Assembly (NCBI GenBank): GCA_016748015.1
Contig: JAAOMT010000109.1
Location: 83,820 to 147,819, forward strand
Length of the DNA stretch: 64,000 nt
Source: Geosiphon pyriformis uo1
Lineage: Eukaryota > Fungi > Glomeromycota
Direction of reading: 5' to 3'
Positions 29,863 to 41,677 of the stretch are shown one piece after another. Within the stretch, counting starts at the first letter, position 1, and each line of letters begins with the position of its first letter. Below the pieces are notes generated by a model. It made no database searches. It was not told where the DNA came from and saw nothing but the letters and a program-made list of their open reading frames with translations. The translations under genes were made by a program, and so were the position numbers.

Positions 29863-29916
<54 letters not shown>
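29863..29916. repeat. (AAT)18 microsatellite
   Basis: Directly visible. Confidence 0.95.
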
Positions 29917-31538
29917 TAAATGCCGATCAACACACAAAAAAAGTCATTGAAACTTAAAAATTTCGCACACTGGCCTTTTTGTTTTAAAAACTGAATTTTA
30001 AGTAAAATGATTTTTTTTTTAATAATTGAAGCTTCTAAATATTTCACTATATATATATGAAATTTACGATATAATTTCTCGATAGAAATTTCCATATATA
30101 AAATCTAATTTAAAAATTTTGGATTTTGAATAGTAATTTTAATTTGATTGAAATTTATTAAAAATAATGATAATAATAATCATGTATTAAAATATTTTTG
30201 TAAACCTATTTAAAAAATATTTGTCATTTAAAATTCAATATAAAAATTCCAGATCATACATTACTGAAATAAAAGGAATTCTAAAGTTCAATATTTGAAC
30301 AATTTAAACTTTAATGCATTCATATATTTTTTATTTATTTATTTATTAGTTTTGTTGTTTTTGTTGTTGTTCATCCTGTTTATTTTTTGTTTTTTTAAAA
30401 AATACATTTCTCTTTATAAATATCATGATCAAAAATTTTTTAAAATATTCTCATCGTTCTATGTATCGTATTTTAATAAAATCCTGAGAAAAATTCAAAA
30501 AAAATTTTTCACATTAAAATTCCCATAATTAACAAAAAGTAAACAATAATTGAAAATTTTCTCTAAAGAAATCAAAATTTTTCCAATCTTAAAAGAAATA
30601 TCAACAAAATTTTAACTTTTTAAAAGATTAAAGTAATTCTTTGCAAAATCAAATAACTTTTAATTTTACGAACAGACATTTAAAATACTGATATTGATGT
30701 GTAATTAAAAAAGGGTTTTTCTTTTGTGTCATATCCATCATATTCTTTTGTCTTTAGTTAACATTGGAAACCCGATAATAATTTTATTAATTTATTTCCC
30801 AATTTTTTCTAATCATTCAGATTCTTCAAAAATTCATTTTAAATGATCCTTTCAACTAATTTTCAAATAAAACCTTAAAATGAAATATCTGTTTTAAACT
30901 ATAATTCCAACAAACCATTGCAATTCTCTAATCATTATTTTTAACGCTAAAGCTTTGAGACAACAAATTTTAAAAGTTCTACACAACTGAATTTTTAGAA
31001 TCGTTAATTTTATTATAAAAATCAATTAATAAAGATTGAATTTGACTTATATTCCTTTAATATTTTTGTTAAGACAAAAATTCATTCTCATTATAAAACT
31101 TTCCTGTATCCTTCGAAACAAAAAGGTTTGATAATTTAGCTATGCTATACATTTTTTTTAATTGCCGCGTGATAATCATAATTTGAAAATTTAATTCTGC
31201 TAATCACAAAATCTAAAAGATCCTTATATGTATTTAGAAAAAATATGTGCCATGTTTAAATTGTCTAATCTTTATTTCTAAATTCACTTTTCTTTTGAGC
31301 AACTTTTATAAAGTTATGCAAATTTTGATAAGATTAATAAAATCGAGTTTGCTCTTAATACTAAATTCAAAAATATATTTTCTGTAAAAAAGATGACTTT
31401 TTTCATAAAAATTTTTTGTCCCCTATTTTTAGATTTTAATTTGAATTAATTACAATCAAGCTATCTCAAAATTGACATGTATCATCACATTTAAAAAAAC
31501 GCTAAATATTACTCTTTCTATTCCTCACAGTAGCCAGG

Positions 31539-32971
31539 TTAATGGCCAAATCTATAGCCAAATCTATAGCCAAAATAAGGACCATCATATGTAAAATCTG
31601 GGTCATGTACAAGCTGTGAATTATTACAATACTATATAAATGGATTTTTTATAAATTTAATATTAATAAATTTTAAAAGATGCAAAAAAAAGTGCGAAAC
31701 TTACCGGATTTTCCTTCAACCCATTAACATTACTAGGACAAATATAAAACTCGAAAGTATTACAATCACATTTTCCCTCGATCCAGTATTCTATTCCATG
31801 ATGAACGTAAGAATCGAAATTTGGTTTCCCGGTACTAATTGGGAATCTTGGGATTTGATCATCCATCAAGGTTACTCGACTAACCGTTACCATTTTTTCG
31901 ACAAGGTTCGCAAATTCTATATTCCCTATCCTTGGAGATCCCCAAGAGACGACATGAATTTCATTAATCAGGTATAAATTTCTCATAATTAGTGCCGTAA
32001 ATATTGCATATACTGTATTTTTGAAATAAAATAAAATTTTTTTTTTTTTTTTTTTTGAACACATTGACCCCCAAAATCTCAATCTCAATCTTCCAAGAGA
32101 AAAATAAACATACCGCCTGCTAAGCGATGTCCAAGTATCAACAGATTTCTCCCATGCAAGTGTTTTTTGATGGTTGTTGTAAAATATTTTCTAATGTTTT
32201 CAGAAACTTTTAAAAATCCGTTGTAAAATATTTCATCAACTCTTGCATCCTTATAGCCAGGATAAGGTATCAGGTTATTTTCTCGGTTTTTATTCCATGT
32301 GCTCAAGTAGCGTATTTCAGGTGCTTTTATAACAAATACGACACTATTCGGCTTGAAATATAGTCTGCCTAAAAGTATTATTTGATTTTAATAATAATAA
32401 TAATAAAGTTCATAGAAACAGGACATTTATATAGCGAAATACCTATTACATTCCGATTTTTGTCAAATTCCATTACTTCATCTCTTGCATAATAAATCTC
32501 ATGAGTATACATCGCAAAATTTTGAAATTTCAACAGTAAAAATTTGTCCCTAATTCTTTTTGGTTTATTTAATGACTTTTCATCATGGGTACGTTTAATC
32601 AAAGGATTTCTTTCAATTCTTGCCTCAAATTGAGACGTTGGTAATTTATCTCTTCTTTTCTGAGTTGATTGTAATAAAATGTATTGGCATTTTTTTTTAC
32701 ACTTCCTATTACTTTGTCGAATTTCCTGTAAATTTTTTTCTCTTAAATCTTGCTCCGTTGAAGATAATTTGCTGATGGTAATGGGTGGAATTGTTTTTCT
32801 TTCTTTATTGGCATCAAAAGTTTTTTTAAAACTGAGGAAATTTAAATTCTCTAAAATATTCTCTGATCTATGGGAAAAATCTGCTTCAGATCTGATGAAA
32901 TTACTTGGATCAAACGCAACCATAACAACAACAATAAAAGCGCAGAAAAGAAAGATAAAGGAAGAAACCAT
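31539..32971 (-). CDS. Secreted class-3 lipase-like protein lacking catalytic residues, 4 exons
   Basis: Exons 32971-32443, 32368-32114, 32012-31705 and 31631-31539 join in frame. Signal peptide MVSSFIFLFCAFIVVVMVA. Motifs LGHRLAGG, SWGSPRIGNIEFA, RVTLMDDQIPRFP, HHGIEYWI, GPYFG. Confidence 0.85.
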
Positions 32972-34237
32972 CCTTGTTTGCCTTGGCTAATTTCCTAGGA
33001 TATATTTATATCCTTTTTCAATCAATATCATCTTTAATTAAAGAGTTTCCTCTTTTACAAATCTTTTTACCTTTTGTCTGTAAACATACATGTCATCATC
33101 CGGAGAACAACTTTATAATGAAAAGTTTCATATCATATAGTCCATGTGATTTTTCCAATATCAAAAAAGTTTCGGATTTTCTTGTTTACCATTTTTGATG
33201 ATACTGAAAAAAATTTTCCAAAAATTCAAATTTGTTTTCTCAAATCTTTCCCAAAGTTATCATTGTTAGCGATTAAATCAAAAAGTTTTATATCACTGAC
33301 TTTTTATCCAATCAAATATTAAATCGCAAAAATGATTAACACCCAAAATGACCTTCGAACATATATTTCTTGATATGACGAACAAATTTTAATTTTCGAG
33401 GTAAAAGTAAAAAAAAAGGATTTGAATTATATTCTTTGGAAGAATTTACGTTTTTGTAAATTTTTCTTCGTCCTAAATTGAAAATTGGTTGTAATGTAAG
33501 GAAGTTTGTCAAAAATATTTCAAAGTCCATGTAGCATACGAATATTATTATTTGTTGAACTTAACACACACCGAATTCTATTTTAGGCCTTTTGTAATGT
33601 TCTTCGGTAACATAGTCATCTAAAAGGAACCCTAGGGTTAAATGGCTCGTTTCTTGGTTTTAAAATTTCCTTTTTTTTTAAGTTAATTGAGGCCTTTAAT
33701 GCTTGAGATTTTTGATCAGAGTTAATGAAAAGTAACCAACTTTTTTTTGAATTCTCTTCACTAATAAAAACTATATTTTAGCAGCATTTATACAGATTTA
33801 TCCAATCAATAGATAGAAACCTCAAAAAATGCTGTGGTTCTTTGACATTGAAAATCTTCCTTTTTAAAATTTGTTTATCAAGTTTAATATGAGAACTGTT
33901 TTATTAAATTAAATAAAAGCAAGTGGAAATACAAAAGTAATTACAAGTTTGGTGAATAATATTGATATACAATTAAGATTCAAAATCTTTTTGTTGCGAA
34001 TAGAATAGTCTTGATAAATTTGACCTTTAGTGTTCATTATTAAAGTTTAGTTAAAGATTTCGAATTCGTTGTTAACTAATCTATATAATTTTCAAAATTT
34101 TTCCTGAGCCTGGTAGAGTATGCCTGTAAGCCAAAGATTCCGACCAAAAAGTTTTCTCAAACTTCGATTTGGTGATAAGTTCGTGCGAAGAGAATGACGG
34201 TGATGATCAAGAAAAGAGTATTATTGATACAACTTTT

Positions 34238-34369
34238 TTACATGATCGAACATTGACCGGTACCACTACCATCGTCTGGGTCACCAGTTGGTCCTTTAAT
34301 AGAGCCATTTCCAGGTGCGATGACTGAGAGAGGATTGAATGAGGATTGATTGTTGGTTGTTGGTTGCAT
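34238..34369 (-). CDS. Putative CAAX lipopeptide (a-factor-like pheromone) precursor, 43 aa
   Basis: MQPTTNNQSSFNPLSVIAPGNGSIKGPTGDPDDGSGTGQCSIM*. In-frame TGA two codons upstream of the ATG, A-rich start context, GC-richer than flanks, C-terminal CSIM. Confidence 0.7.
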   Translation of the reverse strand: MQPTTNNQSSFNPLSVIAPGNGSIKGPTGDPDDGSGTGQCSIM

Positions 34370-34472
34370 TTTTCTTCAAGTTATTTGATTTAATTTGAAT
34401 ATGATGGTTTTTTCTTTTCTTTTGGTCGTTTTGGTTGGATTGAATGAAAAGAAATTGGGAAGGCAAGACCAG

Positions 34473-34804
34473 CTTTATAGAAAAAAATCATAGTCTTCAT
34501 ATTATCATTCATCAATAGGAACAATATTAATTGAATTAGAATGTTAAAACCGAAAATTCTGACCAATCACCGTTTAGATTTATATTATTATTCAGCGGAC
34601 CCATTGTTAAGCTATCCCAACAATGTCCTAAACGGTCTAAATAATATTCAAAATTCAATTTATTAATTATCCGTGAAAAAGCCAGGAGACAGAGCATTGT
34701 TCTTTTCATCGAGTACATTCATGTTCAAATTCACCCATTAAGGAAATTTTTTTACGCAGATTAATTCTTGAAACGTGATACTACCACCTTTGTATCGAAC
34801 AATG
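34473..34804 (-). promoter_or_regulatory. Putative promoter of the CAAX peptide gene: TATA-like element plus a cluster of HMG-box-type AACAAT(G) sites
   Basis: TATAAAG (minus) at 34473-34479. AACAATG/CATTGTT at 34602-34608, 34619-34625, 34695-34701 and 34798-34804; AACAAT at 34520-34525. Confidence 0.5.
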
Positions 34805-34850
34805 CTAAAAAGCGTTACGCTACATTATTATGAAAAAAAATTCATAGCTA

Positions 34851-36865
34851 TTAGTAGTTGATCCCCTTTTTGGATCTTTTTCGCCGAGTAAAACTCGTTG
34901 ATCGAATATATTCTACATTTTGATTTTTTGGTTTCCGCTTTCTTCTATCGAATATTTCTTTCTGGTATTGATTATCTTTGGAAAACATCTCTGCCTTGCG
35001 CACGATGTCATTCTGAACATTGAAAATATAGGAGTAAGCAATTATCTTTTAATAATAAGAAGGATGCTCATCCTTACCTTAAAAAAATAAAGAACTTCAT
35101 TTGAGTCAATTGGGATGGGAAATGAAAATCATCCCCTTGGAAGCCAAAATAGAGGCCATCATCAACCAAGTTAATCCCAATGAGGCGGCCACTCAAAGCT
35201 GTAAACTGGAATCCAAAGATCACGAGATTCTCAGCTACATTTACCAAAATGTTTTTCCTCAAGAATTCATTGAGGACGCATTGATTGGTGCGAAAGCATT
35301 TGCTGCGATCCCTCACAGCCTTACTGGGAGTGCTAGCCCGAGCGAACTCCGAATGGCTCAACTCGACGTCGTTGCTGCGGCACGTGATCCGCAAATCGAT
35401 TTTGCGGCCCGTCGATGTTGCTTTCGATATCGTTTTGCCCATAAAAAATTAAGTTAGTAAAATTAGGAAAATTTAAATTAAATCAATTCACCCTTACCAA
35501 TGGAGACAAATTTTTTCTGCAACATCAGCAAAAACAATATCCAGAATAGGTGCCAACATCTGTGATATAATCAATTTCTGTGAGTTTTTGCTTTTCACCC
35601 AATGCATCAACGAATAGAGTTGAATTTTTCAAAAACATATCCAAGCTAGTAATAAAAATCAAAATTCAGTTTAATAAATCAAATAACCAGTTAAAAAAAC
35701 ACAATAACATACATTATTAAGTATATTTTGATGATTTGTTGATACTTGAAGCTCCTTGTTTCATCCTTCATTTCATCTAAGATAAAGTTCTTTGCTTCCA
35801 AGTACTTATGGTTACCGCACATCTGAAGAAAAAAAATTAGTCGTGTTATAAATAATAATTTCTCCAAGATTAATAAACTATTTCCAAACCTCATCTATTT
35901 TTTTCACACTTTCATGGATAATGCCTTCGAATTTTAATGGTGTGATATTGAGCTGACCATATACTTTGGCCTTCAGATCATCCCACTCTTCACCAAAGAA
36001 TGTCCACATGCCATTATCAAATTCAGATGTTAAATCAACAATGCAGGATAAACCAAGCCTATAATTGAATTTGGTTATTTTCATGGGTTCAATCGATAAA
36101 AAATTATTATATGTATTATACCTAATAACACTCATCACAAATGCATCAGGTTTCTTGGCCTTTTTTTGTGATTCTCCTCCCAAACATTCCTTGCATTATT
36201 TGCAAGAACTTCTGTCACCGATTCGCCATTTTTTAACTTCCATTCTGAATCTTTCGAGGAAGAAGGAGCATCAAAGGGATTTGATAAAGAAACTTCATCA
36301 TCCCTGCTTTTTTTATCCTTATATTCGTCATCTTTATCATCCTCTTTGTCATCACTGCTGCTATCATCAGTTGAATCAACTCCCAACAACTTTTGATTAA
36401 AATTCCATGTGCAAAAAAATTAATGAATTGACTGTTCAGATTTAACATTAATAATATACATGTATATATCCATACCTTCTTTACAGATGAAGTTGGTGAT
36501 GGTGAAACTTGGTCAAAAGACTCTTCATCCCACTGGTTTCTCTGTATTATACAGAATAATTAACAAGTTAATTCTTATTCAAAATATAAACTACTATGTA
36601 ATTACCTCTTCTTTAACATAGATTTTATTCCAGAACTCTCTAACAGTGGCTGAATTAATATAAGTGTCAAATTCAGCGAGTAGGAGTTGGCTTTGGTTTT
36701 TTCGACGGTTTGTTCATTTTTTTCAAGAGCCACAGCTTTCAAGACTTCAGATAAAGCTTGCTCTGCCTGTTGCTTTTGAGAGTAAGAGAATTTGAACTTT
36801 TTAAAGAACTTAATAGCGTTAAAATCCTTTAATATAGTTTCTTTTGTCCATTTAGTGTAATCCAT
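34851..36865 (-). pseudogene. Multi-exon protein with C-terminal PD-(D/E)xK nuclease-like (Crinkler-type REase-like) domain, frameshifted
   Basis: GRKIDLRITCRSNDVELSHSEFAR...DRSKCFRTNQCVL...FGFQF motif with an acidic linker. Frameshifts near 36685 and 36180, plus a 22-nt deletion at ~35094 relative to the duplicate at 55870-55891. Confidence 0.6.
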
Positions 36866-37213
36866 TATAAAGTTGCTATTAGAAAAGAGGTTTAAAGGAA
36901 GGGTATAACGCGCGAAGTAAACGAAAAAAGCGCGATCGTGCGTCATGTTATATGATCATAAACTAATTTAAATGTTCTAATTAATGATTGGATAAATTAT
37001 AATTGTTATGGTTACACACCTTTTACATTTTAAAAAAATTAACATAGACCGGAGGGCCAATAAAAAATGTTTGATGAGCCAAAGATCTATTATTTTCAGA
37101 CTTCTATCTAATATTCGTGTTTTTTATTAGGGATAATTTCCAAGATTAAATTTCTATTTTAAAATATATATTCAAATGTGTGTTAGATTGATGCGTATAA
37201 ATTGAGTTATTTT

Positions 37214-38932
37214 TTACCAATTAGAATCTGCCCGATTTGCAATACCGACACGTCTTTGACCGTAATCGAAAATTAAATAAAAGTTCTATCGTCGTATATT
37301 TTGTATTAAAATAATTAATAAAATTTTGTTAACATCACTCTTGCAATCGAATTCAATTATTATTTAAATCACCTTTATAAAGATCCCACCAACAATCCAG
37401 ACGTCCTTCGGAGCCCCGGCTTGAATTCCCGAATAACAGTGCGTCTTGTCTACAGGCTCCAAAATCAAATCCTCAATTGGCACCACAAAATTACGACCTC
37501 CAAAAACAAAAGTAATCGCGTATTTCGACAAAGTTTTACACGGTATCACCCAGGATCCGTTCAGATCCTCGGTATTATATTTTAGCTTTGTGAATTTTGA
37601 ATTTGGTATGTTTTTATAGATTTGGTCCGCCGTTTGGTCATTTACGAGGATTATCGTGGTCCCGGTGTCAATTACCGCTTTTCCACCGATATTTATAGGG
37701 TTATGGCCGACATACATGTTTGTTGCGGGAATCGCCCATTCCCTTTGGCTGACTACTTGAACGTATGTTATTGTGCCTAATATTATTAAGAATTTTACAT
37801 TTAAATGTGAACTTTTTTTATCTAATATAAAATCAGATAAATTAAAAGAGAAAATCATTCTTGTTACCTTTCATTTTAGAATTATCAATTCCACCAAAAA
37901 GATATTCGCCACCACCACCTTTCTTCTTATGAATTAAGCGTACAGAAAAGACTGATATCTTAATCAATAGAAACAAAAAGAGAGATAAGATTCATTAAAC
38001 TCCTCTTAATCCAGAAAAGAAACCACAAAAAATAGATTTCATGAAAAGAAATTTCTCAACTTACCAAAATATTAGAAATTATATTATCAAGTAGGGTTTT
38101 GAACCCAGAAATTCGAGAATTCATGGGCAGACCTAATCCCATAACACCATCGATTACATCCCCTTGAAAATGATGTGTTTGATTGGTCGCTAATGCGAAA
38201 CTTTGTTTTGAGACCTGAATGCCATCGAGATATACTGTTTCTAAAATTGACAATTCAGAATAGTCAACTTACTTAGTTTTAAAATTAAAATTAGAAAAAG
38301 ATATTTTTGTTTTTACTCTGAATTTTAAAAAACTTTTTCCTCTTTAAGAGAAATTCGTCTTTACCCTGAGCAATAAATCCTGAAACATTAGAGCCATCTA
38401 AATACCCTGTATTCCATTTAAGGTTCGGTTCAATTTTTTTGAAAGTCGAAGACTTTTTCGGATCATATAATGTCTTTCCTTTACACGCTTGACAAAACAC
38501 AGAGGTAACCCAAAGATCCGAGGACCCAGTATCAAAATTTAGCGTGAAATTTCTTCGCGGGGTACCAAGTTGAATATCGCCTATCCATTCAGCATCATCA
38601 CCTACCGTACTGACTGGAAGACGACCAGAATGTGAAGTTAAATATAGGCACGGTATGGTGTCAAGATTAAAAGAATTTAAATGTAGATATTTTTTGTGAT
38701 ATCTCGTTACTAATTCTTTAGGATTATGTTTAATAACTGCTTTTTGATGAGCAAAAGGGGTATCGCGTTTGTATAGGGTATTATGACGAAGTGTGATCAA
38801 GATTGTACCATTTTTTGAAGAATTGGATGAATTTAACAACAATGGTATACCTTGGGTTAATGAAGCAGTAATAAAATTTATAGAAAAGAAAAAGATTGAT
38901 AAATTGAGGACGGAATTTTTATAGGGTAACAT
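37214..38932 (-). CDS. Secreted pepsin-family (A1) aspartic protease, rhizopuspepsin-like, 5 exons
   Basis: Signal peptide and propeptide, FDTGSSDLWV and IDTGTT catalytic motifs, flap YLDGS, terminal FDYGQRRVGIA. GT-AG introns join in frame. Confidence 0.92.
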
Positions 38933-39073
38933 ATTTATTATTTCAATCAGCGGAGATTGAGAAATTTCAACTTCGAAAATTTTAAGCGGAATAAAATAAA
39001 TATATTCGAAAGAAATTAAATTTAATGCTTGATCTGTAACAAAAGTGTAAATGAAGAAAGGAAATGGATACCA

Positions 39074-39109
39074 ATATATATATATATATATATCTCTCTC
39101 TCTCTCTCT
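39074..39109. repeat. Compound (AT)n(CT)n microsatellite upstream of the aspartic protease
   Basis: Directly visible. Confidence 0.9.
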
Positions 39110-40139
39110 TTTTATTAGTGAATTTCAATGCAACTTATGAAATAGAAAAGATTTTTACTATAGAAGTGGCATTAATCTGACGCAAAATTTTTGAAAAACC
39201 TTATACGTGGAAGTTGTTTCTGAACGTTATTTTGAAATTTTTATTTGAATCGAGATGAAAAATAGTCTTTGATGTAGAGGGAGATATCAAGGGACAAGAA
39301 ACCGTTTATTTGCATTTGAATCTCTGGTTTTACTGAATAGTTATTTCAAATTGTCGTGTCAGAGATTCAAGTGAATCACAGATTTACATTTTAAGTAAGT
39401 GAAAATGAAATTGTTTATGAAAACAAATGACCAAACAGTAATCTTTTTTCACCACATCCCCAAATTATAATTAAGAATGGTTTCAAACAGAACATATTTT
39501 CAAAATTGATATCCCTAATATGCGACAAGTATCCCTATGTTTACATATTATTAAGTATAGCAAAATAACCACCTTTTTCAATCATCTCAAGAGAAACAAA
39601 AAATTATTGTTCGGAAATATAAAATTAAAAAAAAAATTTTTTTTCTGGAAGAAAATAAATTTCATTAGGTGAAAAACTTGCAATTAATTAAATCGATTTC
39701 CTAAGATGAGATTTTGACAGGTGAGACAATTAAAATTCGTTATCCTCCGGAAGTTACATGCATTGTTTCCCATTTCGATTAGTGATTATCACGAGGAAAC
39801 TGTTGATCCTGAACAATGGGTGGCGTTATCAGTAAAATGCATGTACATGCTGCTTTTTTTCACCAAAACTACGCACAAAAAATAATTTTAATAAAAATAA
39901 ATATCTTTAAAATTTGCATTTTAGAAATTTTAATAGAAATTTTAGTAACTCTCTCTAATCAATTTTGACTTAAATTATTTATTTAGAAGCATAAGACTTT
40001 GTCTCTTTCAAAACATGTCACTATTTATTATAGAATTCAAAAGATTAATTAAAAGTGATGTTTATGCAATAGATAACTAAAAGATTAAAGTTTATGAAAT
40101 TAAATAGTAATAAGAATTAATATTATATTAATGTAGCTG

Positions 40140-41677
40140 TTATATCAAATAATTCTGTTTCATTGTTAAAATTATTGATGTCATGACGGATGCGGTTATC
40201 ACTAACACCAACCCTAAACCCATCTGATCTATCGAGTGTGCAGCTAATCCAGGATTTGGAGGTGGAATCGAAATATCTGGATCAGCAGTATTAGCAGTAT
40301 TAGCACCTCCCGGACCAGCACCACCATGATCATTTCCACCTAAATTAGGTGACCCAACTCCAAGCGTAGAATAAGAGCCGTTATTCGCTAAGGTAATATT
40401 TGGTGGTCCATAACCAGCAGGTGGCCATGTAGAAGTAGCATTTCCACCGTAATAACACGTGATATTTACCCAATCTACTGACATTGTATAAACACGATTT
40501 TTATCAGACCAATCAGTCGGTGTACCGGCCCAATCTGCAGTGCCTTTTAGGGTCATCCCACCATCCCAGACACTAAATTGAATTCTTTGTGGTCCACTGG
40601 GGTATAGAAAAGAACCATTACTTGCTTTCGTCGATTCCAGGGTGACGGTTCTTAATGGAGCACCATCAAGGAACCAAGTAATGTGATCTGGCAACCATTC
40701 GATTCCATATTCGTGATATTCTTTCGAAGTGTCTCCACCAGTTTTATGATGTGTTCCTTGAGTGTAATCTAATACTCCTTGCCAGTAATAATTTGATTGA
40801 ACTTCTGACGGTTCTAACCCCACCCATTCGAAATCTATTTCATCTCCTGCCGTATTTCGGGTCTGTGAGTTGATTCAATGATTAAATCAGTTATATAGAA
40901 TTAATTTTTAATCAAGAAAATTAAATTTGATATTTCACGATAATTTGAATTACTCACAATAAAGGAGGAAACGACACCAAGGTTCGAAGAGGCAGTTTTT
41001 ATTCGAGCTGTTACCCGTCCGTATTCCATCCATCGAGTAGTTGAGACGGTTGATCCGAAACCTTGATAATTACCAAGGGAATTCTTATTTACACTATCAT
41101 ATTTCATTGATACTAAAAGATTTCCACCACTGAAACTTGCGTAATCTGGCTCAAAATCCGATGTCCAATCGTACTGTTGAATGAAAGGTTAAGCATTATT
41201 TGCACACGCCTAAGAATTTGATTGGTTATAGATCAAAAGCGTAAATAAATAAATAAATTAATTAATTAGTCCTCAATACCTTGATAGGATCTCCATTAAA
41301 ATTCTTTATATTAACAATTTTTGGATTATCAAAATTCTCAACCATGTTCACGCAATACGGTTTCGGAAAACATGATTTTGGTGTGAACGAATTTTCAGGT
41401 TCACAACCAGTAGAACAGAATCTCGGGTCATTTGAACACCAGCCACTATTACAACATGGCGAATCTATCGGACAGTTTTTATTGGAGTCAAAGTTTTTAC
41501 AGGCTGATTCGGCTAGGAAAGTTAAGATCGAGAGAGTAAAAATTGCTGATACAAGAAAGGGCTAGAGGCGAAAAAGTGAATGAAGGAAAGTTTAATTTTT
41601 TGGGAATTTTAATAAAAATTCAAATTTCATCAAATTCTTTTTATATAATAACTTGCCTTTAAATAATGGAACTTCAT
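40140..41677 (-). CDS. GH16 Crh/Utr2-type chitin-glucan transglycosylase with Cys-rich chitin-binding module and probable GPI/TM tail
   Basis: Exons 41677-41657, 41561-41280, 41173-~40958 and 40863-40140. Signal peptide MKFHYLKPFLVSAIFTLSILTFLAESA, CPIDSPCC..GWC module, catalytic DEIDFEWVG, hydrophobic C-terminus. Confidence 0.9.

Noticed and set aside
35101-35457. Plus-strand 118-aa ORF (and similar ones at 8481-8768, 32679-32990, 41281-41565, 53184-53549)
   Set aside because: Antisense shadows of genes on the opposite strand.
37214-38932. Aspartic protease as a Bar1-like pheromone-degrading partner of the CAAX peptide
   Set aside because: Only proximity supports it. Bar1 acts on alpha-factor-type peptides, and this looks like a generic secreted pepsin-family enzyme.
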